From Promethearchaeota archaeon (lineage in GTDB: Archaea; Asgardarchaeota; Lokiarchaeia; Sigyniarchaeales; SOKP01), in the NCBI GenBank assembly GCA_048941285.1, contig JBHLNS010000007.1:41686-105685 (forward strand): a stretch of DNA of 64,000 nucleotides, in the 5' to 3' direction. Positions 29,892 through 39,732 of this stretch are shown in pieces. Each line of letters begins with the position of its first letter. Position 1 is the first letter of the stretch. Position numbers and translations under genes: made by a program. Below the pieces are notes generated by a model. The model was not told the DNA's origin. It was given only the letters and a program-made list of their open reading frames with translations, and made no database searches.

Positions 29892-30854
29892 TTACCCTAT
29901 TTTAATATCAATTGCTTTATATGGGCATGATTCTTTACACTTTAAACATAGATTGCACTCTCCCTTTCCAGTGAAGAATTCAAAAGGTTCATCTAATATC
30001 CTAATTTGTTTAGGACAAACTCTTTCACATACTCCACATTCAGCCCTTCCTACGCATTTAACTGGGCTCCTTGATAGTTTCAAGAAAGAATACTCACTAA
30101 TAACAGAAGATAAAGCCGCAAAGGGGCAAAAATATCTACAATATAGCCTTGGATACCAAATTGATAAAATTAACACAGCAATATAGAAAATTGAAATTAT
30201 GAAAACTAAAAAATTGGTAAAAATTGGATCAATACTCCTTGTTACAATAATCTGCCGAATTAAATCAGGAAAAAATACAAAAATGAATTCAGATAAAGAA
30301 AAATAAGATAGGGGTTTATCTCCAAAATCTCCTAAATTAGCTCTAAATTCTATATAAAAAGACCAATTTATCAATGCTGAGATCGCTAAAGGAACGACAA
30401 GTAGAATTAGAAATATTACTATAATATACTTTATTTTCAATAAAGACTTGTGATTAATAATGCCTAAAAATCCTCCACTAAGCTTTACGGTCCTTTTTTT
30501 TGTAGGTATTGCGGCACATGCATCTTGAATAGTTCCAATAGGACATATCCATCCACAAAAAATTCTACTTGTTAATAAAATTATTAATATAAAAACACCA
30601 ATAAGAAAAATTGGTATTATTCCTACTGTAAAAGAATAGAAAATTATTTCTATAATTCCAGTACTATTTGAAAGAGGATTTCTAGCAGAATTTAAAACTG
30701 GAATTACTCTTAAAAATCCTTCTAAGCCTATTAAATTAATAGAGAAAATTAGTTCTAAGATTGTATAATTTATTATTAGGAACGCTATAATTTGAAAAAT
30801 ACGCCTAAATATTGTTATTAAATGGTTTTTTATTTTTAATTCTTTTAAATTCAA
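29892..30854 (-). CDS. membrane 4Fe-4S binding protein (NapH/MauN/YccM-like)
   Basis: FCGWICP and YCRYFCP motifs plus two C-terminal ferredoxin motifs. Confidence 0.85.
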   Translation of the reverse strand: MNLKELKIKNHLITIFRRIFQIIAFLIINYTILELIFSINLIGLEGFLRVIPVLNSARNPLSNSTGIIEIIFYSFTVGIIPIFLIGVFILIILLTSRIFCGWICPIGTIQDACAAIPTKKRTVKLSGGFLGIINHKSLLKIKYIIVIFLILLVVPLAISALINWSFYIEFRANLGDFGDKPLSYFSLSEFIFVFFPDLIRQIIVTRSIDPIFTNFLVFIISIFYIAVLILSIWYPRLYCRYFCPFAALSSVISEYSFLKLSRSPVKCVGRAECGVCERVCPKQIRILDEPFEFFTGKGECNLCLKCKESCPYKAIDIKIG

Positions 30855-31063
30855 AAATTACCACTAAGCTCGATAAAAGTATAAAAAGATTAATTAATAC
30901 TGGTTAAAAAAAATTTTTTTTTCCTTATCAAAAAGCTAAGAAAAAAAGAATTGAATTATTAAAATGAGTTCAATAATTTCAAATTTATAATTATTCAAAA
31001 TAATAAATAGCAAATTTTGAAGAAAAATTTAACTTAAAAAATAAAAAAATTGCATTAAATAGT

Positions 31064-32974
31064 TTACTTAAGTAAAACTGTTTCTAAGTTTTTAGGGGCA
31101 GCTGTGGATTTTCGTAGTTTCTTATGAATCATTGTTGATAAACTAATTGCTTTAGATTCTTCTCCATGACAAACAAGAACTTTTTTAGGTCTTGGTTGAA
31201 TTCTCCTTAGGAATTGGGAAATTTGACTACGAGATGAATGTCCACTAAACCCTTCGAGAGTGAAAGTTTTCATATTGAGTTTAACGAGCTGTGTTCGGCC
31301 CTTTGAATCTATATAAGTGAATTCCCTGAAACCACGCTGGATTCTATTACCTAATGTTCCTGAAACTTGATATGAGACAAAGATCAGTGAGTTTTTAGGA
31401 TCATTGGCTAATTCTTTTAGATATTGTACAGATGGACCCCCTATAAGCATACCACTTGTAGCTAAAATAATACAAGGACCACCCTTGATAATATCAAGCC
31501 TTTCATCTTGTACTGATACAGTTTCGAAATAATCACTTAGAAATGGATTTTTACCTTGGTGTAAAATTTTTTCTCTTAGATCACTACTAAGAAAATCTGG
31601 ATTAGCAGTATGTATTGCTGTCGCTTCGCTAATTAGTCCATCAATAAAGATAGGTACTTTATCAATAAACCCTTTCGAAATATATTCCTCTAAAACAATT
31701 AATAACTCTTGAGCTCGTCCTACAGCCAATACGGGTACAAGAACTTTGCCACCTCTTTTGAGGGTTAAATTTAATATTTGTTTGAGTTCTCTTTCAGACT
31801 CTTGTCTACTAGGAATACGATCTTGAGGCCCTCCATATGTAGATTCAATTAAGAGACTTTCTACTCTTGGAAATTTAACTGCAGCTTTTTCTAATAATCG
31901 AGTCTTTTGAAATTTAAAATCTCCTGTATATACAAAATTATAATCTCCTTTTCCAAAATGCAAATGTATCATTGATGATCCTAAAATATGGCCAGAATTA
32001 TGCAGTGTTAATTTAATATCAGGGGCAATATCTGTTACTTTTCCCCAAGAAAGGGGAATTGTATGAAGCACTGTGGATTTTACATCTCTCTTTGAATATG
32101 GTAATGGAGAGCCCTCTTTTTCACAAATCTGAATAAAATCAAGTTGTAGCATTGTAGATAGGTTACGTGTGGGTAAAGTACTATAAACTGGGCCTCTATA
32201 TCCGTATTTATATAAAAATGGAACAAGTCCACAATGATCCAAATGTGCATGTGATATAATGACGGCATCAAGATCTCTTATAGTAAATTCAGGTATTTCA
32301 AAGAATGGAAATTTCTCATTTGGATTTCCGACATTTAGACCAACATCCAATAAAACATTGCTATCTCTTGTCTGCATCAATATACAAGATCTTCCAACTT
32401 CTCTAAAACCACCTAAAGCACTTAATCTAATATTCAAGTCTTTAAAGATTACAGGTCTATGGATCCTTTTACCAATTTCTAGTAAAATATCTTTTTGTGT
32501 TTGTCTTTCCTTTGAAAGCATCCCTCTTATTAACTGAATTGTTCTTGAATTGAGTGGAGGAGTTCGAATGGTTCTAGGTTGCCAAAAAGTGTTTGTTCTT
32601 ATTTCTTTTAAATTCGCACCTTTTTTTCCGATAACAAGTCCAGGTTTCCCAGATTCTATTATGACTTCACCTTTAGTATGATCAAATTCAATACTTGTAA
32701 TCTCTGCATCATCATTAACAAGATTTTTAATATAGATTTCAGTCTCAGCTGGATCTTTTCGCTTATCTACATTCCACCTAAAAACAACTCGTTTTCGCAT
32801 GGTTTTTGCTAGATCCTTCAAGATCGTTGAGCTTTCTATTGCATCTACATCTGAATTTTCAGAATATACTGCAATTTCAGGACCTTCAAACTCAATTTTC
32901 TTAACATGAATTTCAGGTGGAAGGTTATGGGTAATTTCATCCTTAATTCGTTTTAATTCACTTTCATAACTCAT
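31064..32974 (-). CDS. fttA: beta-CASP ribonuclease aCPSF1 (transcription termination factor FttA)
   Basis: N-terminal KH domains (KPGLVIGK), HAHLDH, GHILGS, ESTYG, GFSGHS, HGE. Confidence 0.95.
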   Translation of the reverse strand: MSYESELKRIKDEITHNLPPEIHVKKIEFEGPEIAVYSENSDVDAIESSTILKDLAKTMRKRVVFRWNVDKRKDPAETEIYIKNLVNDDAEITSIEFDHTKGEVIIESGKPGLVIGKKGANLKEIRTNTFWQPRTIRTPPLNSRTIQLIRGMLSKERQTQKDILLEIGKRIHRPVIFKDLNIRLSALGGFREVGRSCILMQTRDSNVLLDVGLNVGNPNEKFPFFEIPEFTIRDLDAVIISHAHLDHCGLVPFLYKYGYRGPVYSTLPTRNLSTMLQLDFIQICEKEGSPLPYSKRDVKSTVLHTIPLSWGKVTDIAPDIKLTLHNSGHILGSSMIHLHFGKGDYNFVYTGDFKFQKTRLLEKAAVKFPRVESLLIESTYGGPQDRIPSRQESERELKQILNLTLKRGGKVLVPVLAVGRAQELLIVLEEYISKGFIDKVPIFIDGLISEATAIHTANPDFLSSDLREKILHQGKNPFLSDYFETVSVQDERLDIIKGGPCIILATSGMLIGGPSVQYLKELANDPKNSLIFVSYQVSGTLGNRIQRGFREFTYIDSKGRTQLVKLNMKTFTLEGFSGHSSRSQISQFLRRIQPRPKKVLVCHGEESKAISLSTMIHKKLRKSTAAPKNLETVLLK

Positions 32975-33361
32975 AAATCTTCATTAGACTAGGTAATTAC
33001 TTTTTAATTTTGACAATATGATAAATTCCTAAAACTTAGATTTTTTTTTATTAATATAATCGTCTATTGATTAAGAACACATGAAATTTGATTTATTTAT
33101 GAATATGGTTTGTATATTTGTAATTGCCAATTTTGAATAAATAGTATTACATTCTCTTACATTATAGCTTATTTTCGGAAGAGAATAATCTTGAGAATGA
33201 AATATTACTAAATTTCTAAGATAAATATGAATTAATCAAATAAAAACTTTAGTTTTATGTATTAATACTAATTATATAAAAACTTTTTTTTAATCTCTTT
33301 TTCTTACAATAATTATTCATTAATAAGTATATTTTTTTTGAAGAAAATCGGAGAATTTATT

Positions 33362-33994
33362 ATGGAAAAAATAAAAATAGGCGCAATTGCTTCTGGCTCA
33401 GGATCGAATTTTGAGGCAATAGTCAATGCTTGTGAAACGGGGATTTTAAAAGATAAAGCCACAGTTGAAATATTATTATGTAATAAAACCGGAGCTTATT
33501 GTATGGAAAGAGCTAAAAATCATAATATACCATATGTATTAATTGAATCGGATAAGTATAAAGGATCAAGAGAGGAATTTGACCAAAAAATGATAGAAGT
33601 ACTTGATAAATACGAATGTAAACTCATAGTGCTTGTAGGATACATGCGTTTTGTCAGTGAATTGTTTTTAAAACATTTTAAGGGAAATATTATGAATATC
33701 CATCCAGCACTTCTTCCAAGTTTTAAAGGTATGCATGCTCATGAAGACGCATTAGCATATGGTGTAAAAGTTTCGGGTGTAACCGTCCATTTTGTTGATA
33801 TTCATGAAGATCATGGACCAATTATCATTCAAAAATGTGTACCTGTTTATGATACGGATACTAAAGATACTTTAGGCCCCAGAATTTTAAAATGGGAGCA
33901 TAAAGCTTTTCCAAAAGCTATAGAACTATTCTGTGATGAAAGATTGCATATTGATGGAAGAATAGTCAGAATTGATGGAGAAGTTAAATTATAA
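33362..33994 (+). CDS. purN: phosphoribosylglycinamide formyltransferase
   Basis: ASGSGSN, GYMR, NIHPALLPSF.G, GVTVHFV..D.GPII.Q. Confidence 0.93.
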   Translation: MEKIKIGAIASGSGSNFEAIVNACETGILKDKATVEILLCNKTGAYCMERAKNHNIPYVLIESDKYKGSREEFDQKMIEVLDKYECKLIVLVGYMRFVSELFLKHFKGNIMNIHPALLPSFKGMHAHEDALAYGVKVSGVTVHFVDIHEDHGPIIIQKCVPVYDTDTKDTLGPRILKWEHKAFPKAIELFCDERLHIDGRIVRIDGEVKL

Positions 33995-34013
33995 CTTTTA
34001 CTTTAGTAACTTA

Positions 34014-34113
34014 GGGAAATGAGTTTGATGTGCTATCTGACCCAACGGATTATTTCAACTACAAAGTTGTATTTAAGATGACGAAGATCTTGAGTAGCTA
34101 AAATTCATTTCCC
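34014..34113 (+). ncRNA. candidate structured RNA (13-bp closing stem, multibranch)
   Basis: GGGAAATGAGTTT/AAATTCATTTCCC closing stem, GCTA/TAGC, three hairpins; G-U pairs favour the plus strand. Confidence 0.45.
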
Positions 34114-34201
34114 GCTAATTTTCCCTTCATAGAAATACTAAGATTTTAATCGAAGTATTTATAATCCTAAATAATGTAATAGAAAAATTTTTGATTGAAT
34201 C

Positions 34202-36391
34202 ATGCCTCGTAGAAAAGAAATCACTGAAATCTTAAACTTAATGGAAAAAACTAAAAATATTATTAATTTTGGACTCGTAGGGCATATAGATCACGGTAAA
34301 ACAACTCTTTCTGACTCACTACTAAGTGAAGCAGGATTCTTATCACCAGATTTAGCAGGTGAAGCTCGTGCTTTAGATTTTCTTGAAGAAGAGCAAAGAA
34401 GAGGAATCACGATGAAATCAGCAAATATATCTTTGTATTATGAAAAATCTCTTGAAGAGCATGAACCCTTTCTTATCAATTTAGTTGATACACCAGGTCA
34501 TTTAGATTTTAGTGGGAAAGTTACTCGAGCATTAAGATTAGTAGATGGTGTTGTAGTGGTTGTCGACGCAGTTGAGGAAGTAATTACACAATCCGAAACG
34601 GTAATTAAGCAAGCATTACAAGAAGGTGTTAAACCTGTATTATTTATAAATAAAGTAGATCGATTAATCCGAGAATTGAAACTTTCTGATGAACAAATAA
34701 AAGAAAAATATATAAGAATTATTAAATCGTTTAACATTTTAATAGAAAGATATGCTGATCACCCATTCAATAAAAGATGGAAAGTCTCACCTTTAGCTGG
34801 AAACGTTGCATTTGGTTCAGCTCTTCATAAATGGGGATTTACATTAAAAATTCTAGAAAAAAGCGATTTAAAATTTAAAGAAATTAGAGAAAGATATAAT
34901 AAGGATACCTATACAAAAGAGAGTTATGCAGATTTAGTTCATTATTTTCCAATTCATAAAGCAATATTAGAAATGGTGGTAGATCATTTACCAAATCCCA
35001 TAGAAGCACAAAAATATAGAATTGAAAAAATATGGGATGGAGATATTAATTCTGAAATAGGGAAAGCAATGGTTAATTGTGACCCTAAAGGTCCTTTAAT
35101 TGTATGTCTGAGTAAAGTACAAGTTGATAAACATGGTTTAATATCTACAGGAAGGATTTTTTCTGGAAATTGTACTAACAAAAAGGAAATTTTTCTACTA
35201 AATGAAAATAAGTATGAGAAAATACAACGAATCGCTATATTTATGGGACAAAGAAGAGAACAAGTGGATAAGATTCCCGTAGGAAATATTGTAGCAATTG
35301 AAGGCCTCAAGATGATAAAAAGTGGTGAAACTATAATAGATAGTAATAAAATCGATGAGATGGTCCCATTTGAAAGCGTAAAGTATGTCACTACTCCTGT
35401 TGTAACTGTTTCAATCGAACCAGAATATCTAAGAGATTTGGATAAAATGAAAGAATTAATTGAAAATCTATTAATTGAAGATCCAAATTTGAAATTTGAC
35501 ATAAACGAAGAAAATGGCGAATTTCTCTTGTCAGGTGCGGGACCTCTCCATCTGGAAGTAACTGCAAATGAGATCGGAAAAAGAGGCGTAAATGTTTCTA
35601 TTTCTGAACCAAGAGCAGTTTTCAAAGAATCTTGTCGTATTTCTTCCTCTTTAATTTCAGTAAAATCTGCAAATAGTCAAAGTTCTATTAAATTGAAAAT
35701 TGAGCGGTTGGACAATAAAACTGTAAAGTTTTTTCAGAATATCGATTATAGAACAATAAAGCCTTTCACGAAATTGAAGGAAATATTGAATGATAAAACA
35801 GCTCTTAATAAGGTAGAAATCGAAAATTTTTGGATGTGTGATTATGATCAAAATATTTTGATATATAATGGTGAATTTGAATTAAATGAATTTTATAAAA
35901 GCGTAATTCTGGAAATAATCGAAAATATCCACTTAAATGGCCCACTCTGCAGTGAAAAATTAGCAGAGGTTAAAATTACCATTGAAAAGTTAAATATTCA
36001 AAATATTTCAGATGAAAATATATTTACTGAACTATCTGCTATGTTTTACGAGGCTATTAAGAAAGGATTAAATCAAGCAGAATTAATTCTTTTAGAACCA
36101 ATATATCATACGATTATTCAACTTCCTCCCGATTATATTAAAAATACGATCACATTGCTTACAAAATATTCAGCTAAAATTAGGACTATAGATCAGGATA
36201 AGGAATATCAAGCCATCATGGAAATATTAATCCCAGTAAGGCATTCAATTAAATTTGCTGAAGAAATTCGTTCAGCGAGTTCTGGAAGAGCATTTTGGCA
36301 GAATGAATTTTATGCATTTATGGAGGTTCCACACCATGAATCTCAAAAACTAGTTCAAGATATAAAGTTTATTAAGGGAATATCATGGTAA
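34202..36391 (+). CDS. elongation factor 2 paralog (aEF-2p type, no diphthamide motif)
   Basis: GHIDHGKTT, RGITM, DTPGH, NKVD, G.GPLHLEV, LLEP; HRG diphthamide loop absent. Confidence 0.88.
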   Translation: MPRRKEITEILNLMEKTKNIINFGLVGHIDHGKTTLSDSLLSEAGFLSPDLAGEARALDFLEEEQRRGITMKSANISLYYEKSLEEHEPFLINLVDTPGHLDFSGKVTRALRLVDGVVVVVDAVEEVITQSETVIKQALQEGVKPVLFINKVDRLIRELKLSDEQIKEKYIRIIKSFNILIERYADHPFNKRWKVSPLAGNVAFGSALHKWGFTLKILEKSDLKFKEIRERYNKDTYTKESYADLVHYFPIHKAILEMVVDHLPNPIEAQKYRIEKIWDGDINSEIGKAMVNCDPKGPLIVCLSKVQVDKHGLISTGRIFSGNCTNKKEIFLLNENKYEKIQRIAIFMGQRREQVDKIPVGNIVAIEGLKMIKSGETIIDSNKIDEMVPFESVKYVTTPVVTVSIEPEYLRDLDKMKELIENLLIEDPNLKFDINEENGEFLLSGAGPLHLEVTANEIGKRGVNVSISEPRAVFKESCRISSSLISVKSANSQSSIKLKIERLDNKTVKFFQNIDYRTIKPFTKLKEILNDKTALNKVEIENFWMCDYDQNILIYNGEFELNEFYKSVILEIIENIHLNGPLCSEKLAEVKITIEKLNIQNISDENIFTELSAMFYEAIKKGLNQAELILLEPIYHTIIQLPPDYIKNTITLLTKYSAKIRTIDQDKEYQAIMEILIPVRHSIKFAEEIRSASSGRAFWQNEFYAFMEVPHHESQKLVQDIKFIKGISW

Positions 36392-36487
36392 AATGTGATA
36401 TCAGTTTTGATTTTGAAAAATTTACAGATGATATTTAAAATTTGATTCCTTAAAGTAAGTACTTATTAATAATAAATAAATAAGATA

Positions 36488-36589
36488 TGCGCCCGCCGGG
36501 AATTGAAGTCCCTAGCACCTCCGAGATGGAGAAGCTTCCCGGGTCGCGAGGTTGGGAACCTAGCATACTTACCACTATACTACGAGCGC
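36488..36589 (-). tRNA. tRNA-Gly(CCC) with 30-nt non-canonical intron at 53/54 (36508-36537)
   Basis: acceptor GCGCTCG/CGGGCGC, anticodon loop TT-CCC-AA; T stem CCGGG/CCCGG with TTCAATT loop restored by intron removal. Confidence 0.88.
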
Positions 36590-36720
36590 AATTCTTTATC
36601 CCAGTTCCATTATTTAAGACTTACTATAGAAATATATATAACAATAATTAGGATTAATAATTAAAACTTTTTATCTAACTAACAAATACTGGAAAATGAC
36701 TCTATCTCTACATAAAGGAG

Positions 36721-36940
36721 GTAGTTATTGGATTAAATAATAAAGAAAAAAGATTATTATTTCTAAAATATGGATAGATTAGAAATAGTTATGAAAGAAT
36801 TAGATGTTAATATTCAGGGATCAGGTATAGGTTTAATCCTTTCTAGAGAGATTGTGGAAATTCACCATGATAATATTTTAGTTGAGCCTAAGGAGGGATA
36901 CAAAGTTTCCAATTCTATTATAACATTACCCATATCTTAG
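36721..36940 (+). pseudogene. histidine kinase HATPase_c remnant
   Basis: IGLNNKEKRLLFLKYG* then, after a frameshift, ELDVNIQGSGIGLILSREIVEIHH...ITLPIS* (G1/F/G2-box region). Confidence 0.75.
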
Positions 36941-37035
36941 ATAATGGTCAAATTTTTCGAAATACTTTTCTTTTTCTTTCTATTTTCATATATAAGATAT
37001 TTTTTTATACATTTATCGTTTTGAATTCTTAATTT

Positions 37036-37689
37036 ATGGAGAAATTGGATTTAGTTATAGCAAAGATAAATAAAGTAATACCTGGAAGAATATTTGGGTT
37101 ACTTTCGATCACTTTTGGGATTTTAGGCGATATATTAGCTTTTTTAATGTTCCCTGAATACAATTTTTTAACTATGCCAGTAAGTACATTATGTCTGGGA
37201 TCAGGTGGAATATTTTTCAATATTGGGAACATTTTTTCAGGAATATTTGCTGTGATATTTGTAAATACTCTTATAAGAACATTTAATGAAAAATATATTA
37301 GTATAAAATTAAAAAAAATCGCACTTATTTGCGCAAATATCTCTTGCATTAGTTTTATTGTACTAGGAGCATTCTGTGGTTCTAATACTATAGTCAAATA
37401 TCTTCATGGTACTGCAGCTATTATTAGTTGGGGATTTGGTTATTGTTATCTTACCTTGTATAATATATTAATGCTAAAAGATAATAAATACTCAATAAAA
37501 CTTGCCATTTTTGGCATCATTATCACTTTTCCTCTTCTTATATTAATGGTATTGTTTTTCTTACATTTTATTCCTGTGTTAAATGCTCCCTTAATAATAA
37601 TTTTACCAGGTTTAGAGTGGATAAATACAATTTCAGTAATCTTGTGGTATTTATGTGTCTCGACATATATGATCTATAAAAGGTTTTAA
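37036..37689 (+). CDS. DUF998-like membrane protein
   Basis: YNF....VS.L, FN.G, LHG..A, LEW; 5-6 TM. Confidence 0.7.
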   Translation: MEKLDLVIAKINKVIPGRIFGLLSITFGILGDILAFLMFPEYNFLTMPVSTLCLGSGGIFFNIGNIFSGIFAVIFVNTLIRTFNEKYISIKLKKIALICANISCISFIVLGAFCGSNTIVKYLHGTAAIISWGFGYCYLTLYNILMLKDNKYSIKLAIFGIIITFPLLILMVLFFLHFIPVLNAPLIIILPGLEWINTISVILWYLCVSTYMIYKRF

Positions 37690-37765
37690 GTCTAAACTAA
37701 CCTTATTTTGTTATTTTGATATATTATAGAAATTTTTTTAAATTATAAAAGGTAGACAGATTATT

Positions 37766-38500
37766 ATGAGCAGTGTGTTGTCTATGGTTCTATTTTTTGG
37801 TTTTTTTTTTGTTTGTTTTAATTTTTTGTTTTTTTTATATATTTTTTTTAATATACCTGAATATATTTTCGGATTAGTAGCATTTATAATTGGAATTTTA
37901 GGATATATAATTTCATTAATTCTAACACCGGATTATATAATGTGGAGACTATCTATTAGTAATTTATTACTTGAAGAATTTGGCTATTTCGCTAGAATCG
38001 GGTTAATAGTCTCTAATACTATTGCAATTCCTTATATTATTGTTTTAGGAAGAACTCAAATACATGAAAATGCAAATGAATTTATTAGAAAGATAGCAGT
38101 TTTTGCAGGAATCTTTGCTTGCGTGAATGCAATATTAACTGGGATTGTTGCAGCACACCATCCTATCATTGCTACTTTGCATGGTTTGTTTGTACTCTTA
38201 AGTTGGATTAGTGGTGCAATAACCACTTTTGCTTTTAGTCTTTTAATGTTGAAAAATCCAAATTTTTCGAAGTTAATAATAATTAGTGGTTTTCTTGTAG
38301 CAGGGATTTTTATAGGCTTTTTGATACCCTTTTTCATCACTAACTTTTGTTCGTATTTTCCCGCTTTTTGTTATTCTTTTGGTCAAATGGTATATGTTGT
38401 ATTACCTACTTGGGAATGGGCAGTAGTTTTATCTATTCTTTATTGGTACTTTTCTAATTCTCTATATATGTTTTATAAAAAAGATTTATTATTTTCATAA
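37766..38500 (+). CDS. DUF998-like membrane protein (paralog)
   Basis: SISNL, LHG, WEW motifs; T-rich low-complexity 5' end. Confidence 0.65.
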   Translation: MSSVLSMVLFFGFFFVCFNFLFFLYIFFNIPEYIFGLVAFIIGILGYIISLILTPDYIMWRLSISNLLLEEFGYFARIGLIVSNTIAIPYIIVLGRTQIHENANEFIRKIAVFAGIFACVNAILTGIVAAHHPIIATLHGLFVLLSWISGAITTFAFSLLMLKNPNFSKLIIISGFLVAGIFIGFLIPFFITNFCSYFPAFCYSFGQMVYVVLPTWEWAVVLSILYWYFSNSLYMFYKKDLLFS

Positions 38501-38532
38501 CTAGTTTTGATAAATGAAATTCAAGATGTGAT

Positions 38533-39213
38533 ATGTTAATGAATAAAATAAAATTTGAAAAAGATCTTAAAATTGATAAAAATGATGCTCTAATTGTCGT
38601 GGATATGCAATATGATTTTATACCAGGAGGGTCATTACCAGTTGAGGAAGGAGATGTTATTATAGATGGAATTAATCAAATTTCAGAATTGTTCAAAAAA
38701 CATAAAGCAACCATAATATTGACTCAGGATTGGCACCCTCAAAATCATGCATCATTTGCGAGTACCCATCCTGGTAAAAATCCGGGTGATGAATTTACGT
38801 CTGAAAATGGAGCAATAGGCCCAGTACTATGGCCAGATCATTGTGTACAAAATACGAAAGGAGCAGAATTTCATTATGATTTAAAAATTGATTTAGCGGA
38901 CAAAGTAATTAGAAAGGGTACGAATCATACTGTTGATAGTTATTCTGGATTCCTAGAAAACGATAAGAAAACAGAAACAGGAATGAGAGATTATTTAGAT
39001 TCAAAAAAAATCCAGCGAATTTTCATTTGCGGATTAGCATTAGATTACTGTTGTTACTATACTGCTATGGATGGGTTTGAATTTGGGTATGAAGTATATT
39101 TATTAGTAGAGCTTACAAGGGGTATCGATCTACCGAAAGGAAGTGTTAGAAACGCTTTAGAAACTATGAGTAAGACTGGCATTAAATTTGTTAATATTAA
39201 CAGTTTTTTATAA
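38533..39213 (+). CDS. pncA: nicotinamidase/pyrazinamidase
   Basis: VVDMQYDF.PGGSL, QDWHP.NH.SF, WPDHCVQ, KG...DSYSGF, GLALDYC. Confidence 0.92.
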   Translation: MLMNKIKFEKDLKIDKNDALIVVDMQYDFIPGGSLPVEEGDVIIDGINQISELFKKHKATIILTQDWHPQNHASFASTHPGKNPGDEFTSENGAIGPVLWPDHCVQNTKGAEFHYDLKIDLADKVIRKGTNHTVDSYSGFLENDKKTETGMRDYLDSKKIQRIFICGLALDYCCYYTAMDGFEFGYEVYLLVELTRGIDLPKGSVRNALETMSKTGIKFVNINSFL

Positions 39214-39249
39214 AAATAGTTTTTTTAAATCGTTCTTTCTATCTTATTA

Positions 39250-39729
39250 ATGAATATTAAATTTCCTTATCAAAATATCTTAATTGTATGTTCGGTTAAT
39301 ACAGCTAGGTCACGTATGGCTGAAGGCTTTTTAAAAGACTTTTTTTCGAAAGTAAGGTTAAACGTTATTGTATCTTCTGGGGGAATAGCTTCAAACGCTC
39401 GAGATGGCATGTTAATATCAATGGATGCTAAACTAGCTATGGAAGAATTAGGGATTAAATTATCTGAAACTGCTTTATCTAAGGATTTGAAAAAGAATCC
39501 TAAGTTAATCGAGAGGGCAGATTTAATTCTCACCTTAACAGATAAACATAAGGAAGAACTCTATAATTTTTTTAATGTTGATGGCAAAGTAATATTAACT
39601 ATTAAAGAATTTGCAGGAGAAACTGGAGATATTGAAGATCCAAGTATGAAAGAACTTGAAGGTTTTAGAAAAGCCCGAAATGAGATTATTGATTGTTTAA
39701 TGAAGGGATTAAATAAATATGAGTTTTGA
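39250..39729 (+). CDS. low-molecular-weight phosphatase (LMW-PTP/ArsC family)
   Basis: CSVNTARS.MAE (CX5R), ADLIL, IEDP. Confidence 0.85.
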   Translation: MNIKFPYQNILIVCSVNTARSRMAEGFLKDFFSKVRLNVIVSSGGIASNARDGMLISMDAKLAMEELGIKLSETALSKDLKKNPKLIERADLILTLTDKHKEELYNFFNVDGKVILTIKEFAGETGDIEDPSMKELEGFRKARNEIIDCLMKGLNKYEF

Positions 39730-39732
39730 AAT

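Noticed and set aside
31064-32974. aCPSF1 not adjacent to psmB (psmB is ~20 kb away)
   Set aside because: Simple rearrangement or a second beta paralog; no functional inference possible
34014-34113. SECIS, hammerhead ribozyme, tRNA or standard C/D sRNA
   Set aside because: No AUGA/GA SECIS core or Sec-UGA gene adjacent, no CUGAnGA/GAAA core, no TTC T-loop, and box spacing too short for guides
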